DNA of 64,000 nucleotides from Salpingoeca rosetta (lineage: Eukaryota > Protista > Choanoflagellata), in assembly GCA_033442325.1 (NCBI GenBank), contig JAWQFM010000005.1, positions 871,694-935,693 on the forward strand, read 5' to 3'. Both the position numbers and the translations under genes were made by a program. The notes below the pieces were generated by a model. It made no database searches and was not told the origin of the DNA. It worked only from the letters and a program-made list of their open reading frames with translations. Positions 28,452-41,795 of this stretch are shown here, piece by piece; the first letter of the stretch is position 1, and each line of letters begins with the position of its first letter.

Positions 28452-29183
28452 TCGCCCGCAAGGCACCCACCCACATCACCAACCACCAGCCTTGTTTTGG
28501 CTCTTGTTCAAGCCTTTGGTGCTGTGCTGTGTGGCGGCACTCTCACACGCATACACGCTTGTGCGCTTGCTGTGTCGTTTGTCGTTTTGCGTCTGCAACA
28601 GTCAGCCCATCAAATACACAACAACCAAATCACCCAATAGCTCCGTGCACGGTCAAACTGAGACAACCACCCACACCCACACCCACACCCACCCACCCAC
28701 ATACCCACACACACACCAACAGACACATACCCACATCCACGTCTACGTGCGGAGAGCAAAGCTCAAGTGAGATCCTGTATCGGAGAGCGGGACAGAGTCG
28801 ACGCCGAGCTGATGTGGCCGCAAACTCCCTATAGGGTAAAACTCTAGTAGGGTACCAACCAGACAGAAGCTGTGCCAGCTAGGGACTATACCAGACATAA
28901 GATGCGCTTTACCCAAACAGTCACGTCGACGGAGCGAAGGGGGCATCGCTGGTCCGTGACGTTATCGGATATAGAAGTCAAGATAGACGTGAGAGTCTGA
29001 AGTGGGAACGGGCATCAGTACGAGAGTGCATATGGGCTGAGTTTTGCTAGACTGGGCGACATCGTATGTAGTGCGGTAATGTACTGCTCTGTATTAGTTG
29101 ATGCTGTAACGTGATCGTAGGAAGTGTCGTTAGAGTATTATGATGATAACGATGCTTAGCGCGGCGATAGGCGTAGTCAGGCC

Positions 29184-29573
29184 NNNNNNNNNNNNNNNNN
29201 NNNNNNNNNNNNNNNNNNNNNNNNNNNNNNNNNNNNNNNNNNNNNNNNNNNNNNNNNNNNNNNNNNNNNNNNNNNNNNNNNNNNNNNNNNNNNNNNNNNN
29301 NNNNNNNNNNNNNNNNNNNNNNNNNNNNNNNNNNNNNNNNNNNNNNNNNNNNNNNNNNNNNNNNNNNNNNNNNNNNNNNNNNNNNNNNNNNNNNNNNNNN
29401 NNNNNNNNNNNNNNNNNNNNNNNNNNNNNNNNNNNNNNNNNNNNNNNNNNNNNNNNNNNNNNNNNNNNNNNNNNNNNNNNNNNNNNNNNNNNNNNNNNNN
29501 NNNNNNNNNNNNNNNNNNNNNNNNNNNNNNNNNNNNNNNNNNNNNNNNNNNNNNNNNNNNNNNNNNNNNNNNN
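29184..29573. other. Assembly gap (390 N)
   Basis: Run of N. Confidence 1.
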
Positions 29574-29580
29574 ACCACGA

Positions 29581-29649
<69 letters not shown>

Positions 29650-29713
29650 CCACACGATCCCACAATCCCACAGGATCCCACAATCACCCACCCACACGAC
29701 CACATGGCGCGGC

Positions 29714-32143
29714 CTAGACCTTAAAGTCCTCAAAGATGGCAAGGCACGCCTTCTGCACCTGTGCACGGTCGCCCTTGACGCGCGTCACGCGAATGCCCGT
29801 GAGCGGCGGGTCAACAATGCGCACAATCTCAAAGTGGAGCCGGATCTCCTGGTTGTCGCTGAGGTCGTTGCGCATGAGAACGTCCAGCCGGAACATGCGG
29901 TTCTTCACCCGCACCTCGCCAGGCAGGCTGCTCAGGTGCGCGTAGATGGCCTGCCGCACCGTCTCCGCGTCTGCCTTGGACTTGAAGTTGATGCCAAGGT
30001 TGCTGTCCGAGACAATGAGCGGCTGCGCGAGCGTGCGCATGCTGTTGAACCGCGCGCTGAGCCAGTTGCCTGACCGCGGCGTCATGGCGTCCACATTCGG
30101 CACCTGCAGCGTCTCGCTCATCCCGCGGCGGCGGCCACGGCGCGTGCGCGGACTCCCAGCACGCGATGCGTCTGGTGTGGAGATGGTGGACGATGCGTTG
30201 GAGAGGGCAGACCCGGGCCGCATGCGACCAGCGCCGTCCGCGCCGTCACCGGTGGCGTCGCTGTCCGCGTCGGGCTGCTCCACCTCAATCTCGGGCAGCT
30301 CGCGCGGCTGGAACGTGCCCGCGCCCTCAATCAGGCGCAGGGGCAGGCGTTTTGTCTTGGCCAGGCACACCATCTCGTAGTCGGCGGTAACGTGGTCGTA
30401 CGGGTCCGTCTCCAGGTGGCTTCGCACGCGGTCCTCGCTCACGCCGTAGTAGCGCGCAAGCACACCCACCACCTGCGGGTCCAGCTCGGCGCACTCAATC
30501 TGGGAGCTTGTGTCGAGGCGGTCTGTGGGGAGGCCGGCGACCATCCAGGGATGTGCTAGGAGCTGATCCATGGTCATGCGACGGGCAGGGTCGAGGGACA
30601 GCAGGCCGCGGATCATGTCACGCGCGCTCGGGCTCAGGTGGGACGGCTCGGCGTACTCGCCTGATGGTGGGTGGCGGTGGCGGCAGGTGGGGGGGGGGCA
30701 CATGTGGTGAGGTACATGGGAGGAGAGTGATTGGGGGTTTGGAGAGCAAGGGGCACTTGGCGTGCATGCGTGCAAGCAAGCAAATGAAAGGAGCTGAACG
30801 ATGCAATTGAAATGCGGACCTTTTCGGATGAGGGATCCGAGGACGCGGAGGTCTGGATCATCAAAGGGGAGACAGCCGCAGAGCATGGCGTAGGCAACAA
30901 TGCCGAGGGACCACATGTCAGCAGCAGGCCCGCTGTACGACTCGCCACGGATCACCTGCGGGGGGTGGGAGGATGGGAAGGGTGGTGGGTTGTGGTGAGA
31001 CAAGGAGGTGCGAGCGCGAAAGAAGGGTGTGCACGCGGCGTGCAGAGGGTGGAGAGTTTTTTTTTTTTTTTTTGGGACCTCAAATGGTGCATTCAACCTA
31101 ATGAAATGACTCACGTTCATGGCACAGACAGGACAGAGGGACGGACGGACAGACAGACAGACAGACACACAGATAGACAGACAGACAGACACACAGACAA
31201 ACACCCTCCTCCCACACACACACACCTCTGGTGCGGCGTAGTTTGCAGAGCCACAGCTTGTCTTGCACTGTTCCGTGTGCGGCATTGAGACGAGGCCAAA
31301 GTCGATGAGCTTGAGCACCTTCTTCTCGTCAAACAGCATGTTCTCTGGCTTGAGGTCGCGGTGCGCAAAGCCCTCCTGGTGCGAGTGAGCGACGGCAGAG
31401 ACAATCTGCCGGAAGAGTTTGCGCGCAACCATCTCGTCGCGGATGCGGCCTTGGGCCACAATGTAGTCGAACAGCTCACCAGCAGGCAGGTGCTCCATCA
31501 CTAGATACACGCGCGACCGCGACTCAAGCACTGTGCAGCGCACACGCACATGCACACAAAGGCAAGTGTGAGTGAGGGTGGGGATGGCGATGGAGGTGCG
31601 CGCTTGTGTGTGTGTGTGTGTAGAGGGAGGAGCATGTGCAATGCTACGTGTAGGCACGTGATAATGCATGCAAGTGACAAGGAAAAGGAAGCGATTGTGT
31701 GATGTGCACGCATGGAGCAGTCAGGATACCTTGGAAGAGACGGGCGATGTTCTGGTGTTTGAGGAGCTGCAGGGCGGCAATCTCGTTTGCGGCGCGAAAC
31801 AGCTCGCCCTGTCGCTGAAGCGTCTCCTTGGATATCATCTTGATCGCCACCTGCACATGTTTGTTGTGGTTGTGATGGGCGGACAACACGAGGGGGGCGT
31901 AGGTGTAGGTGGTGGTGGGGAGTGTGGTGGCTGGTAAGATATGTGTCTCGAGCGAGAGGCAGGTAAAGCGTGATCGAGTAGGAAAAACGGTCAAGCAAGC
32001 AACGCGATCACGCACGCACACACACACACACACACAAACATCGACACATTAATACACACACACAGACATCGACACATTAATACACACACACACAGACATC
32101 GACACATTAATACACACACACACACACAGACATCGACACATTA

Positions 32144-32220
<77 letters not shown>

Positions 32221-32960
32221 CGCACGCACACACACCTTGATGCCGGTCATTCTGTGTCTTGCGAGCTTGACTTTTGAGAAGCCGCCATCACCAACGGTGT
32301 AGCCGACGCTGTAGTGGTCAATGAGTTCGTCCGGATACTTCCCCTTGTGCGCAGACACGTGCTTGGAGACCTTGCCGGCCTCAGAGGCGGGCTCAAAGTG
32401 CACCATCCATTCCATCGGCGGTGGCGCCGACACGCCACGACGTCGGCTGGCCATGCTTGGGACCTGAGGCGGCGAAGAAGGAGGAATGGTGGAAGGGGAG
32501 AGAAGAATGAGAATGGAGCAGGAGGAGAGGAGAGGGCGTGAGTTACAATTCTGTGTGAGCCAAGATAAGATGACTGGGAGAGGATCAGATGAACAAAAGA
32601 GAAGACAACGGAGAGATGGGAATAATGCGGTGTTGTCAATCAAGTACGGCGATGAAGCGAACAAAGGCATCTACAGACAGACAAGAGGAAGAAGTAACAT
32701 CATGCAACAGCGAAAATGGACAGGGAACGAGGACAAAGGAAGAGGGGACCGACAACAGCCGCAGGTTATCAAGCGCATGACTACGAGCTAGGTTTGGTGA
32801 TGAGCAATCGCACACGACCAGCACTCGAGCATGACACATCAGCGAGGCCAGCGAGCCGCGCGCGCAGGTCTGTGTGACACGAGCAAGCAAAAGCAGCAGG
32901 TGGCTTGAGCCTTTGGTGGGTGGTGGGTGTTGGTCGCCTCACCGTCAACTGTGCAGCCAT
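29714..32960 (-). CDS. MELK: MELK-like AMPK-related Ser/Thr kinase with UBA and KA1 domains
   Basis: The kinase domain reads VGDGGFSKVKLARH..VAIK, GELFDYIV, FRQIVSAVAH..AHRDLKPENMLFDE..LKLIDFGL, KTSCGSANYAAPE, LPFDD. It is followed by UBA-like YDHVTADY..AKTKRLPLRL and KA1-like FEIVRI..GIRVTRVKGD. A putative first exon MAAQLT (32960) splices in frame; the alternative start is 32454. Confidence 0.82.
32038..32146. repeat. 4-copy intronic minisatellite ACATCGACACATTAAT(AC)nAG
   Basis: Four identical 16-nt cores separated by variable-length (AC)n. Confidence 0.9.
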
Positions 32961-34159
32961 GTGGATCGCCGGGAGGGGGGGGGGGGACGGAAGAGCAGGA
33001 GTCGCCAAAGGTGACCGGTGACAGGTAGGCGATGACGAACGTGGAGGAGGTTCAAGCAAGTTGGATGTGTTTATGTGTGGATCGTGGTGTGAGAAAGGAT
33101 GCGGCGATAAATGACGCTCCGACTTATCAAGTACGGAGTAGGAAAATCAACAGGAGGAAGAGAGGAACGGTGGTCGTGGTGGTGGCGGTGCAGAAGTTGT
33201 TGGGTGGATGCAACTGCACGCGTTGTGTGTGCCTGGGTGTACTCGCCCGCGCGTGTGTGTGTCTGTGCGTGCCGGCGTTCAGGGTGAACGAAGGTAAATG
33301 CGTGTATGTGTGTGTGTGTGTGTGTTCAAGTCTGGTTGATTCCAGGACAGGCAGGGGTGAATGCGATGGCTGGTCGATATCCACGCACCAAGCAGGGTGG
33401 GTAACCACAACTCTCACAAACGAGATAGAGAGGGAGAGGCAGCGTCAGAGGTGCAAGAATTTCTTCGTCCATTCAAAGTGCAAGGCACGCATGTATTCGC
33501 TGACGAACACACCACCAACCTTCGTCGTCATGTGTCACAGCAGCAGCAGCAGCAGCAGTGGTTGCAGGGCTTATTGCCAGCTTGGGTTGCACCAACGCGC
33601 CAACACACTACCAGGTTGGGGCGATCAATGCAACTCAGTTCACTAGGACAAAGAAACAGAAGGCGCACAAATCAGCAGGAGGACAAGCGCACAAGCAAAC
33701 ACCTGACACACACCCCAACACATGCACACAAACCTACGAGCAAGTCAGGCAAGCAAAAGCAAGAGCATAAGCAAGAGCGAGCAGAAGCGGGAGAAAATCA
33801 AAAAAGACAGGACCTGGTTTGCCTCGTGCAATGCAAAGCAGGCTCACGTTTGGTTGGTTCCGTGGTTGGCGTTTGGTTGGCGTGTGGGTGTGTGGGTGGC
33901 GTTTTGCGGGTGATGAAAGGGCGAAGGTGCGCATTCCCCTGTTGTTGAATCTTGCTTGTGTCAGCCTTGCTGGAATTTCTGCTGACTCGACATTTTTTCG
34001 ATACCTTGCGACTGAAATCAGCCCACCCAGCACCCACGAGTGTCACGTGTGCAGCAAGCAGCAAGCGGAGAAGTGTGTGTGTGTGTGCGCGGCAGAGCAA
34101 GTGGCAGACGGCTGAGAGAACGATCCCACAGTTTGAGAGAGCAGCACACGCATACAAGG

Positions 34160-36984
34160 ATGGCTGGGGCAAAGAAGAAGGGCGCCGCCGGGCGGACAGG
34201 GCAGCAGAAGCGGAGCAAGCAAGAAGCAGAACAGCAAACCGAACAGCTAGAGACACAACAGAAGAAGCAACAGCAGCAGCAGCAGCAGCAGAAACAGCAG
34301 AAGCAGCAGAAGCAGCAGAAGCAACAACAGAACAAGCAGGTTGGTGGCGATGGTGCACCTGCTGCAAAGAAGGCGGCAACCACACCAGCCAAGGCCACCA
34401 CAGCAAAGGGGGCCAACACCACCACCAACAACAACGACAAGAAAAAGACCAACAGCAACAATAAGAAGAAGGCCAACACAGGCAGCAAACAGAAGGAGAA
34501 GGTGACAGAGGGCAGCGCATCGACAGAAGACAAGAGTGCCGACGAAATCGTGGTAAGCATGGACGCTGACAGGCCCCTGAGCAGAAAGGAAAAGCGCAAG
34601 GCAAAGCGCCAACAGCAGCAGCAACAGCAGCAAACCGAAGAACAGGATGTACAAGATGATGATGATGTTGATGATGGTGATGTTGCAGAGCATGGTGATG
34701 GCGACGATGACGACGAAGATGACGATGCACATGATGGCCTCGACATGTCGGACGTCGCTCTGCACGTGAGTGCACACACGCTACTTTGAGTTTTTGCTCG
34801 TGGTGTGTGCTGTTGCGCTGTTCACTGTGCATGGGCGTGCGCGGGATACCAACATAATGCTAGATCCAACTGCTGCAGCGTGTCGACGTGCTCAACAATT
34901 GAAACCCCAGACAACGAGCTGCTCTCCCCCTCTCCTTTCTCTCTCTCTCTCTCCTTTCTCCTCTCCTCTCTCCTTTCTCCTCTCTCCTCTCTCTTTCTCT
35001 CTCTCTCTCTGGCAATCGTTCCTGTCCCTTCTCACGGCCCCTTGATTGTGTTTGATTGTCTTGTGTTGGTGTACGTGCAGCCAAAGCTTGCGCGTCTCAC
35101 GCAGCTGCAGACCAAGAAGAAGAGTCCAAGCTGGACAAACAGGCAGCGCACGCTCGTCTTCTCATCTCGTGGCATCTCGTTCCGCGTTCGCCACCTTCTC
35201 TCCGATGTACGTCAAGCGTTGTTGCGCGTGTGTTCCTTCATGCTTGGCGGGAGAGAAGATGGAATAGAAGTTTCGGGGACGTGCCTTGTCACTTGCAATG
35301 CATGTCCAATTGCTTTGTTTCGTGCCGCCAAGCTTGTGTTGCAACTCTACTCTCACACCTCAACGCACGCTCGTTTCTCTCGTTCCGTCTGTGTGTGTGT
35401 GTGTGTGTGCGTGTGTTTGTGTGTGTGCGCGCGCGCGTGTGTGTACAGCTGCGGGCTCTCCTGCCGCACTCGAAGAAAGAGGTGAAGATGGAGCGCAAGG
35501 ACCGGCTGGGCGAGACCATCCCGGAGATTTGCGAGATGCGCAACTGCAACAACTGCCTCTACTTTGAGATGCGCAAGAAACGCGACGTCTACCTCTGGTA
35601 CGAAAATGAACACGTAGACACGCTGCTGCTATGCATGTGGTCGTGGATATATGTGTGCGTGTGTGCGTGTGTGTGACCGTATGTATGTGCGGAGCTGGCG
35701 AGGTGGCATGTGTTCAAGCACACGGTGTTGTTTACCACTTTTGATTCGGGCTCGTGTGCCACAACAGGGTGTCCAAGATGCCGCATGGACCATCCATCAA
35801 GTTCTACGTCACAAACAGTGCGTTACAGTTCTGTGTATGTGTGCGGATGCTTGTGTTTACGCATGTGTGCGCGCGCGTGTGTGCGCGTGTATGTTTGTGT
35901 GTGCGTGTGTGTGAGGGTGCTTGTTAGCGTGGTTGTGTGTGCGTGTGTGCGTGTGCGCGCGCGTGTGTGCGCGCGTGTGTTCTGTATGGGATTTACATGT
36001 TCAATACCATCGTGTGCTTGGCCTGCACACCTGTTCTGACTCCGCTGTGCCGTACCGTGTGCTGTTGTGCGCAGTCCACACCATGGATGAGCTTCGTCTG
36101 ACGGGCAACTGCCTCAAAGGTTCGCGGCCCCTCGTCCACTTCAGCAAGGTGGGCACGCGTCCAGCACATTCGTAGTTTGTGTGTCTGTGTGCGCGTGTGT
36201 GTGTGTGTGTGTGCTTTTTGCGAGCTCGTTTGAAGGACTGCTTTGTGTGCAGTTGTTGCATGTGTCGACTGGACATCAAATTAACATTGACGCCGTGTGT
36301 TCCTGCATGCTTCCGTGTGATGCAGGAATTTGATCAGTCTCCGCACTTTCGGTTGATGAAGGAGCTTCTCTTCCAGGTTTGGTGTTGCACTCGTCTCGTG
36401 TTGATTGACATTCACCAGCGAATACACGCCGGCACGCATGCGCTTGTGCTATGCACAATTATGGTTGCATGTGTCATTCTGCGAAACGCTGGCATTTCAC
36501 CGTGACGTTCACACACACATACATACACGCACGCATACATACACATACATACACGCACGCATACATACATACACACACACACGCATACATACATACACAC
36601 ACACACACACTCTCTCTCTCTCTCTGAATCCCCTCCTTCCTCCATTGTGTGCAGTCGTTTGGTGTGCCAAAGGACCACCCGAAGAGCAAGCCGTTTGTGG
36701 ACCACGTTGTGTCGTTCTACGTGCTGGACGAGCGCATCTGGTTCCGCCACTACCAGGTGGTGTGGAAGCCCAAGGGCAAGCTCGGGCGCGACGAGGAGAC
36801 GCGGCTGGTGGAGATTGGGCCCCGCATGGTGCTGCAGCCCATCCGCATGTTCGAGGGCAGCTTTGGCGGGCCCACGCTGTGGAAGAACGCCGAGTACGAG
36901 CCGCCGCGTCCGCTCAAGTACAAGGGCGCAGAGGCAGTCGTCACGCACCGCAAGCCCCAGCACCAGCAGCAGCCTTCGGATTGA
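34160..36984 (+). CDS. BRIX1: Ribosome biogenesis protein Brx1/BRIX1
   Basis: A K/Q/D-rich N-terminus precedes WTNRQRTLVFSSRGI..RHL, LLPHSKKE, EICEMRNCNNCLYFE, GPSIKF, HTMDELRLTGNCLKGSRP, PKSKPFVDHV, RIWFRHYQ and LVEIGPRMVLQPIRMFEGSFGGPTL. Confidence 0.93.
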
Positions 36985-37547
36985 TTGATGGAAAGAGTGG
37001 TGGGCTTGATTGGTTGGTGATTGTGGTGGCTTGCTGTTGCGTCGTGTCTTTGTAGTCTTTTGTGTTGTGTCTGTTGTTTGTTGGTTGTAGTGATTTCGAA
37101 TGAGTTTGCACGTTCGTGCGCGCGTGTTGTGCCAAGGCCCATCCCTGTCCCCGCAAAGGTTGTCTGGTCATGTGCGTATCTTCCTCTTCCTCTCTCTCTC
37201 TCTCTCTTTCTGATCTGAATGACTGATTTGTATTGCTCGTCGTCTACGCACCACCAAGAAATAAGAAACGCCGGCAAGAACGCAATGCATGGACATTGAA
37301 AGCGGCGAGGGAGACCAGCGAGCAAACAAGCAGGGGCGAGCGGCGTGTAGAGCACCACAGACGGGAACAACACACAAACATGCAAATGGCAGTTAAAACA
37401 TAAGGGCTACAGTACGGGGTCCAGGCTCAAACAAAAGCTCACAGCATAGCAACATCACAGCACGGCCAGTCCACACACTTTGCGTCTGAGCGTGTGAGTG
37501 GCGGTAGCGGTGGACATTGACCACTACTCATCTCCGACCCACATCAC

Positions 37548-37584
<37 letters not shown>

Positions 37585-37589
37585 GTGTA

Positions 37590-37974
37590 TTAGTTGTTCG
37601 TCTCAGAGGCACGGTGCTGCTTCTGCGCCTCGTCCACCACGCGGTCAAGACTGCTCTCGACCACCTCGCCACCTGCAATGGGGGAGGGACAGCGAGAGAG
37701 AGAGGGCGGGGGGAGGGAGGGAGATGCGTTAGACGCGTTGGGCATTGCACAGCATGGGAAGGAGGCAAGGGTGGTGGCGAGGGGAGAAAACAAGTGTGTG
37801 TGTGTGCGTGTACCTGGGGTTGGGTCGGCGACAGCGTTTGCAGTGGCGTTCCACAGGCTGTGAAATGCGTGAGACGTGATATGCGTGAGACGTGATGCGC
37901 GTCGACAACTGAAGACAAAGCGTCTGCGCGCGAAACAGGGCACACACAAAGCCGAGCAGACAGACAGACAGACA

Positions 37975-38009
<35 letters not shown>

Positions 38010-38504
38010 TCGAAAACAACTCACTATTCCGCGCGCTCGTGTGCGATGTCATCAGACGGCCTGCGCTCCTCGCTCGTGTCGTCCTCGTCGTTCTGCTGCT
38101 CGGCGCCGAGTGTGCCCGCTACCTGCTGCTTGTGCGCCTCGTCCACCACGCGGTCAAAGCTGTTCTCAACCACCTCGCCTCCTGCATCAGTGGGAGAGCA
38201 TGTGCGTGTGGACGCGGTGTGCCGTGTGAGTGTGTTTGTGTGTTTGGGGGGGGGGGGAGGGGGGTGCAGACACTCAGTATTGTGTGCGTGCATGTACATG
38301 TGACACGAGAGCCCATCCTCCAACAAACCTGGCGTGGGGTCGGCGACAGCGTTGGCAGTGGCGTTCCAGCGGCTGAAAACAATGCATGATCTGAGTGAGC
38401 AATCGTAATTGCGAAGCAGCTGAACAGAAAAGTGCTTGGGTGACCTTGATTGAGAGTGACGGTGACGACAAACGACAGCAATGGGAAATTCAGCACACAA
38501 TGGC

Positions 38505-38546
<42 letters not shown>

Positions 38547-39447
38547 GTATGTGTGTGTGTGTGTGTGTGCGTGTGTGTGTGTGTGTGTGCGTGTGTGTGT
38601 GTGCGTGCGTGCGTGTGTTGCAGTTGTAGCTCACTATGATGCGCGGCGGTGTGCAATGTCGTCCTCGCCCGGTGCAGACAGCTTGCGGTCAGCAGGGCTC
38701 TCCTCTTCCTGCTCCTCATCTTCATCGTCACCATCAGGGGCCTCCTCCTCCTCCTCCTCCTCCTCCTTCTCTGGCTCGGGCGCTGGCTCGGGTTCCGGGT
38801 GCTGCAGCTGCTCGGGCTGCTTTGCTGGCTCCTCCTCGGCCTGATGAAGCGAAACATGGCAGCAATAATGGTGGTGGTGGTGGTGTCAGATCACATCATG
38901 TGTGGTGGCAGGAAAACGCCAGAAGCGCAAGAGGACAGTCTAGTAGGAGAAAGACTGGGAAAAGACACGCCCGTTCGCCCAAAAAAATAAACGAGTTGTG
39001 GCATGACATTGCTCGAGCAAAGGAGTGAGCTAGGGTGCTGTGAGCGTGACGGCGTCACACCAACAGCGCAGCCCCCTCGTATTCCTCTCCCTCCCCCTGT
39101 TGTAAGTGACCACCAGTGCGTCAAGGGCTGTACAAGGACAAGGCCACTTTACTGCGAGGGAGGGGGAGAGGGGGGAGGGGCGCTCAAAAAGCAATGCACA
39201 GACAATCAAGGCAGGCAAGAACAGGGATGGAAATGGAGCAGGAGAGCAGGAGAAGGACAGTATCGTCGTCACAACAGCAACACAGCAATCCAGTACTCTC
39301 TCAAAGTTCATAAGCGTGCAATCAACACACAACTTATTGCTCGCTTTCAAAGCGAAACACAAATCGCAAGTGGCTCGAAGCGAGCGAGTGGATAGCGGAG
39401 TTCAAGATTGAGAAGGCTCAACACGATGCTCAGTATCTCACTTTCGC

Positions 39448-39483
<36 letters not shown>

Positions 39484-41348
39484 TTCTTCATGGCGCTTTG
39501 CATCCTGTAGGTCCAGCACACGAGCGCAAGAGGAACCAAGCGCGCGAGGGATGGAATGAGCTGACGCAAATGCGCAAGCACAGAGCAAGCTACCAATACA
39601 GTCAACACAGACAGACACAGACACAGACACAGACGCACCGATCTGCTGACGGTGCGGACGCGGTCGAGCTCTGTGTCGGCGACAGCGCTCTGCTGTGTGC
39701 ACCAGCGAGCGAGCGAGGGAGAGAGAGACAGAAGTATGAGGAACAGTCAAGGAGAAGTGAGGTGTGAGGTGGTGTGACAGCAAGGCGGTGATCGTGCTCA
39801 TACAACGATGAGGGTGTGCATGCAGAAGCAGCTGCAGTTCAACTGTATGGTGTTGCACTCAGCTCAGCGTGTGTTCGGGGGTGTGGTGTGCGGTGTTTGT
39901 GGGTTGCAAACCTTGTGTTTCGCGCGTTTCACGTAGAGAACAACAAAGGCGATGAGTATGAGGCCGGCGAGGGTGCCGAAGATGGCGCCAAGAATCACGG
40001 GCACGTTGTCTGGCGTGGGACCACGGCAGCCATCACATCAGTCAGTGTGCGAGTGAGTGAGTGTGACGAGTGGTAGTGGCACGGGGAGGTGTGAGGTGGT
40101 GGTATGGCAGAATTGGCATTTGAGCAACGGACGGTTCAACCAAACGGGCACTGGTGTTGCTCACCATCGTTGTTTGTCGTGCGAGGTGCAATCTGAATTG
40201 GCGTATCTGTGTTTGTGTTGTTTGTGTTGTTTGTGGAGTTGTTGCCGTTGTTGATCATGAACGTGACTTCCTCATCCTGGAACATGACTACCAATGGGAC
40301 ACGCGCATGGCACACGATGAGCACACGGTGAGCACACGGTGAGTTGAAGGGCAAGTCATGGGCCAAAAGCTGGTGTGGCAGTGCACAGGTATCAGACACA
40401 GACGCAGACGCGAACAGAAACACACATAGACAAACATACACACACACACAGACACAAATGCGCACACACACACACACAGAAGTGCACGCACACGCATACG
40501 CAGGCACACAGACACAGACACACAAACACACAGACGCGGTGCTTACTCGTGATGTTTTGGAGTTGTTGGAAGAGGGACGTCGGGTCTGTGCCGTTGTTGG
40601 TGAGATCAAGCTGCAGCACAAAGTCATCGGAGCCATCCTCTTGTTCAAACTACCGCGACATGTGCAATGCACCGGGAGCAACCAGGTGACATTGAGATTG
40701 TGAGGGTGGTAGGGCAGAGAAGCAGTGTTGAGCAGGAGAGTCCGTGCTTGTGCGCGCAAGTGCGTGACATGTGAATGCATGCTCACCTGCACAAACTGCG
40801 TTTGAGTTTGTCCATCAGGATCCAGGGTATTGAATTGGTTCTCCAAGCTTGTCTCTGATGGGTGGAACATGCAGGCCAACAGTTCGGAGGGGATATGAAC
40901 GCGGTGATGGGTAGAAGAAGCATGATGAGAGCAGTGCAACGACAGCATATGATTGCCAAGGCGTGAAGCGAGCCAAGACGAACGCCATCCACACACATTC
41001 ACACACACACACACACAAGTTCACACACGTTCACACACACACAAGTTCACACACGTTCACACACACACACACCCACACACACACACCCAACCCCCCCACA
41101 CACACACACGTTCACACAGACGTACAATCCAACGTACGTGAGTCCGATGTGAGCTGGTTGCTGCCAGAGTCGGAGACAAAGAAGACGCTGCCCTGACGCT
41201 GTTGCTCGCTCACAAACTGGAAACTGGATGGCAGCTGATTCACGGAACCGAGAACGATGCGCACGGTCCAGCGCGTTGTCTGTGATGCAGCGACTGCGAC
41301 TGCCAGCGCTCCCAGCACCGTCAGCACGGCTGTTCGAGACATCATCAT
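37590..41348 (-). CDS. Uncharacterised single-pass type-I membrane protein, ~417 aa, 12 exons, with duplicated cytoplasmic repeat
   Basis: Phase-consistent GT-AG exons: 41348-41138, 40854-40787, 40649-40547, 40287-40165, 40009-39912, 39692-39639, 39504-39442, 38840-38635, 38372-38329, 38181-38025, 37857-37814, 37672-37590. The protein has a signal peptide (MSRTAVLTVLGALAVAVAA), N-glycosylation sequons (NGT, NIT, NST), a TM helix VPVILGAIFGTLAGLILIAFVVLYV followed by KRAKHK, and an acidic tail. Confidence 0.78.
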
Positions 41349-41707
41349 CGTGGTGGTTGTGTGTGCGTTGTGTGTGCGTTGTGTGTGCGTTGTGGTGGTT
41401 GTGGACGTGTCTTGGTTGACAAGAAGGGAATGCACCAACACCACGACGTTGTGGCTGTAGCAGTTGTGGGGTTAAGCGCACAGGAGCGTCTCCCCACGAA
41501 GGACTCAAGAAGGGACGTGAGGGGTGTGTGAGAGGGGTGTGTTGCGACCGCGCAACAAACGTCAGTGTGTGTGTATGCGGTTGTGTGTGGTGTTTGTGTT
41601 TTGGTGGGTGTGGCTAATTGGCCAGTGGTGGTGGATACAGTTTTCAAAGTGCGCACCAGACCATTCTCTTGTGCGAAACATACACTGCAACAACCTGGAC
41701 TGTGTGC

Positions 41708-41795
<88 letters not shown>

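Noticed and set aside
28740-29573. Transposable element at the gap
   Set aside because: No terminal repeats, target-site duplication or transposase/RT coding sequence is visible.
32038-32146. CRISPR-like direct repeats
   Set aside because: The spacers are only (AC)n, the context is a eukaryotic intron, and there are no cas genes.
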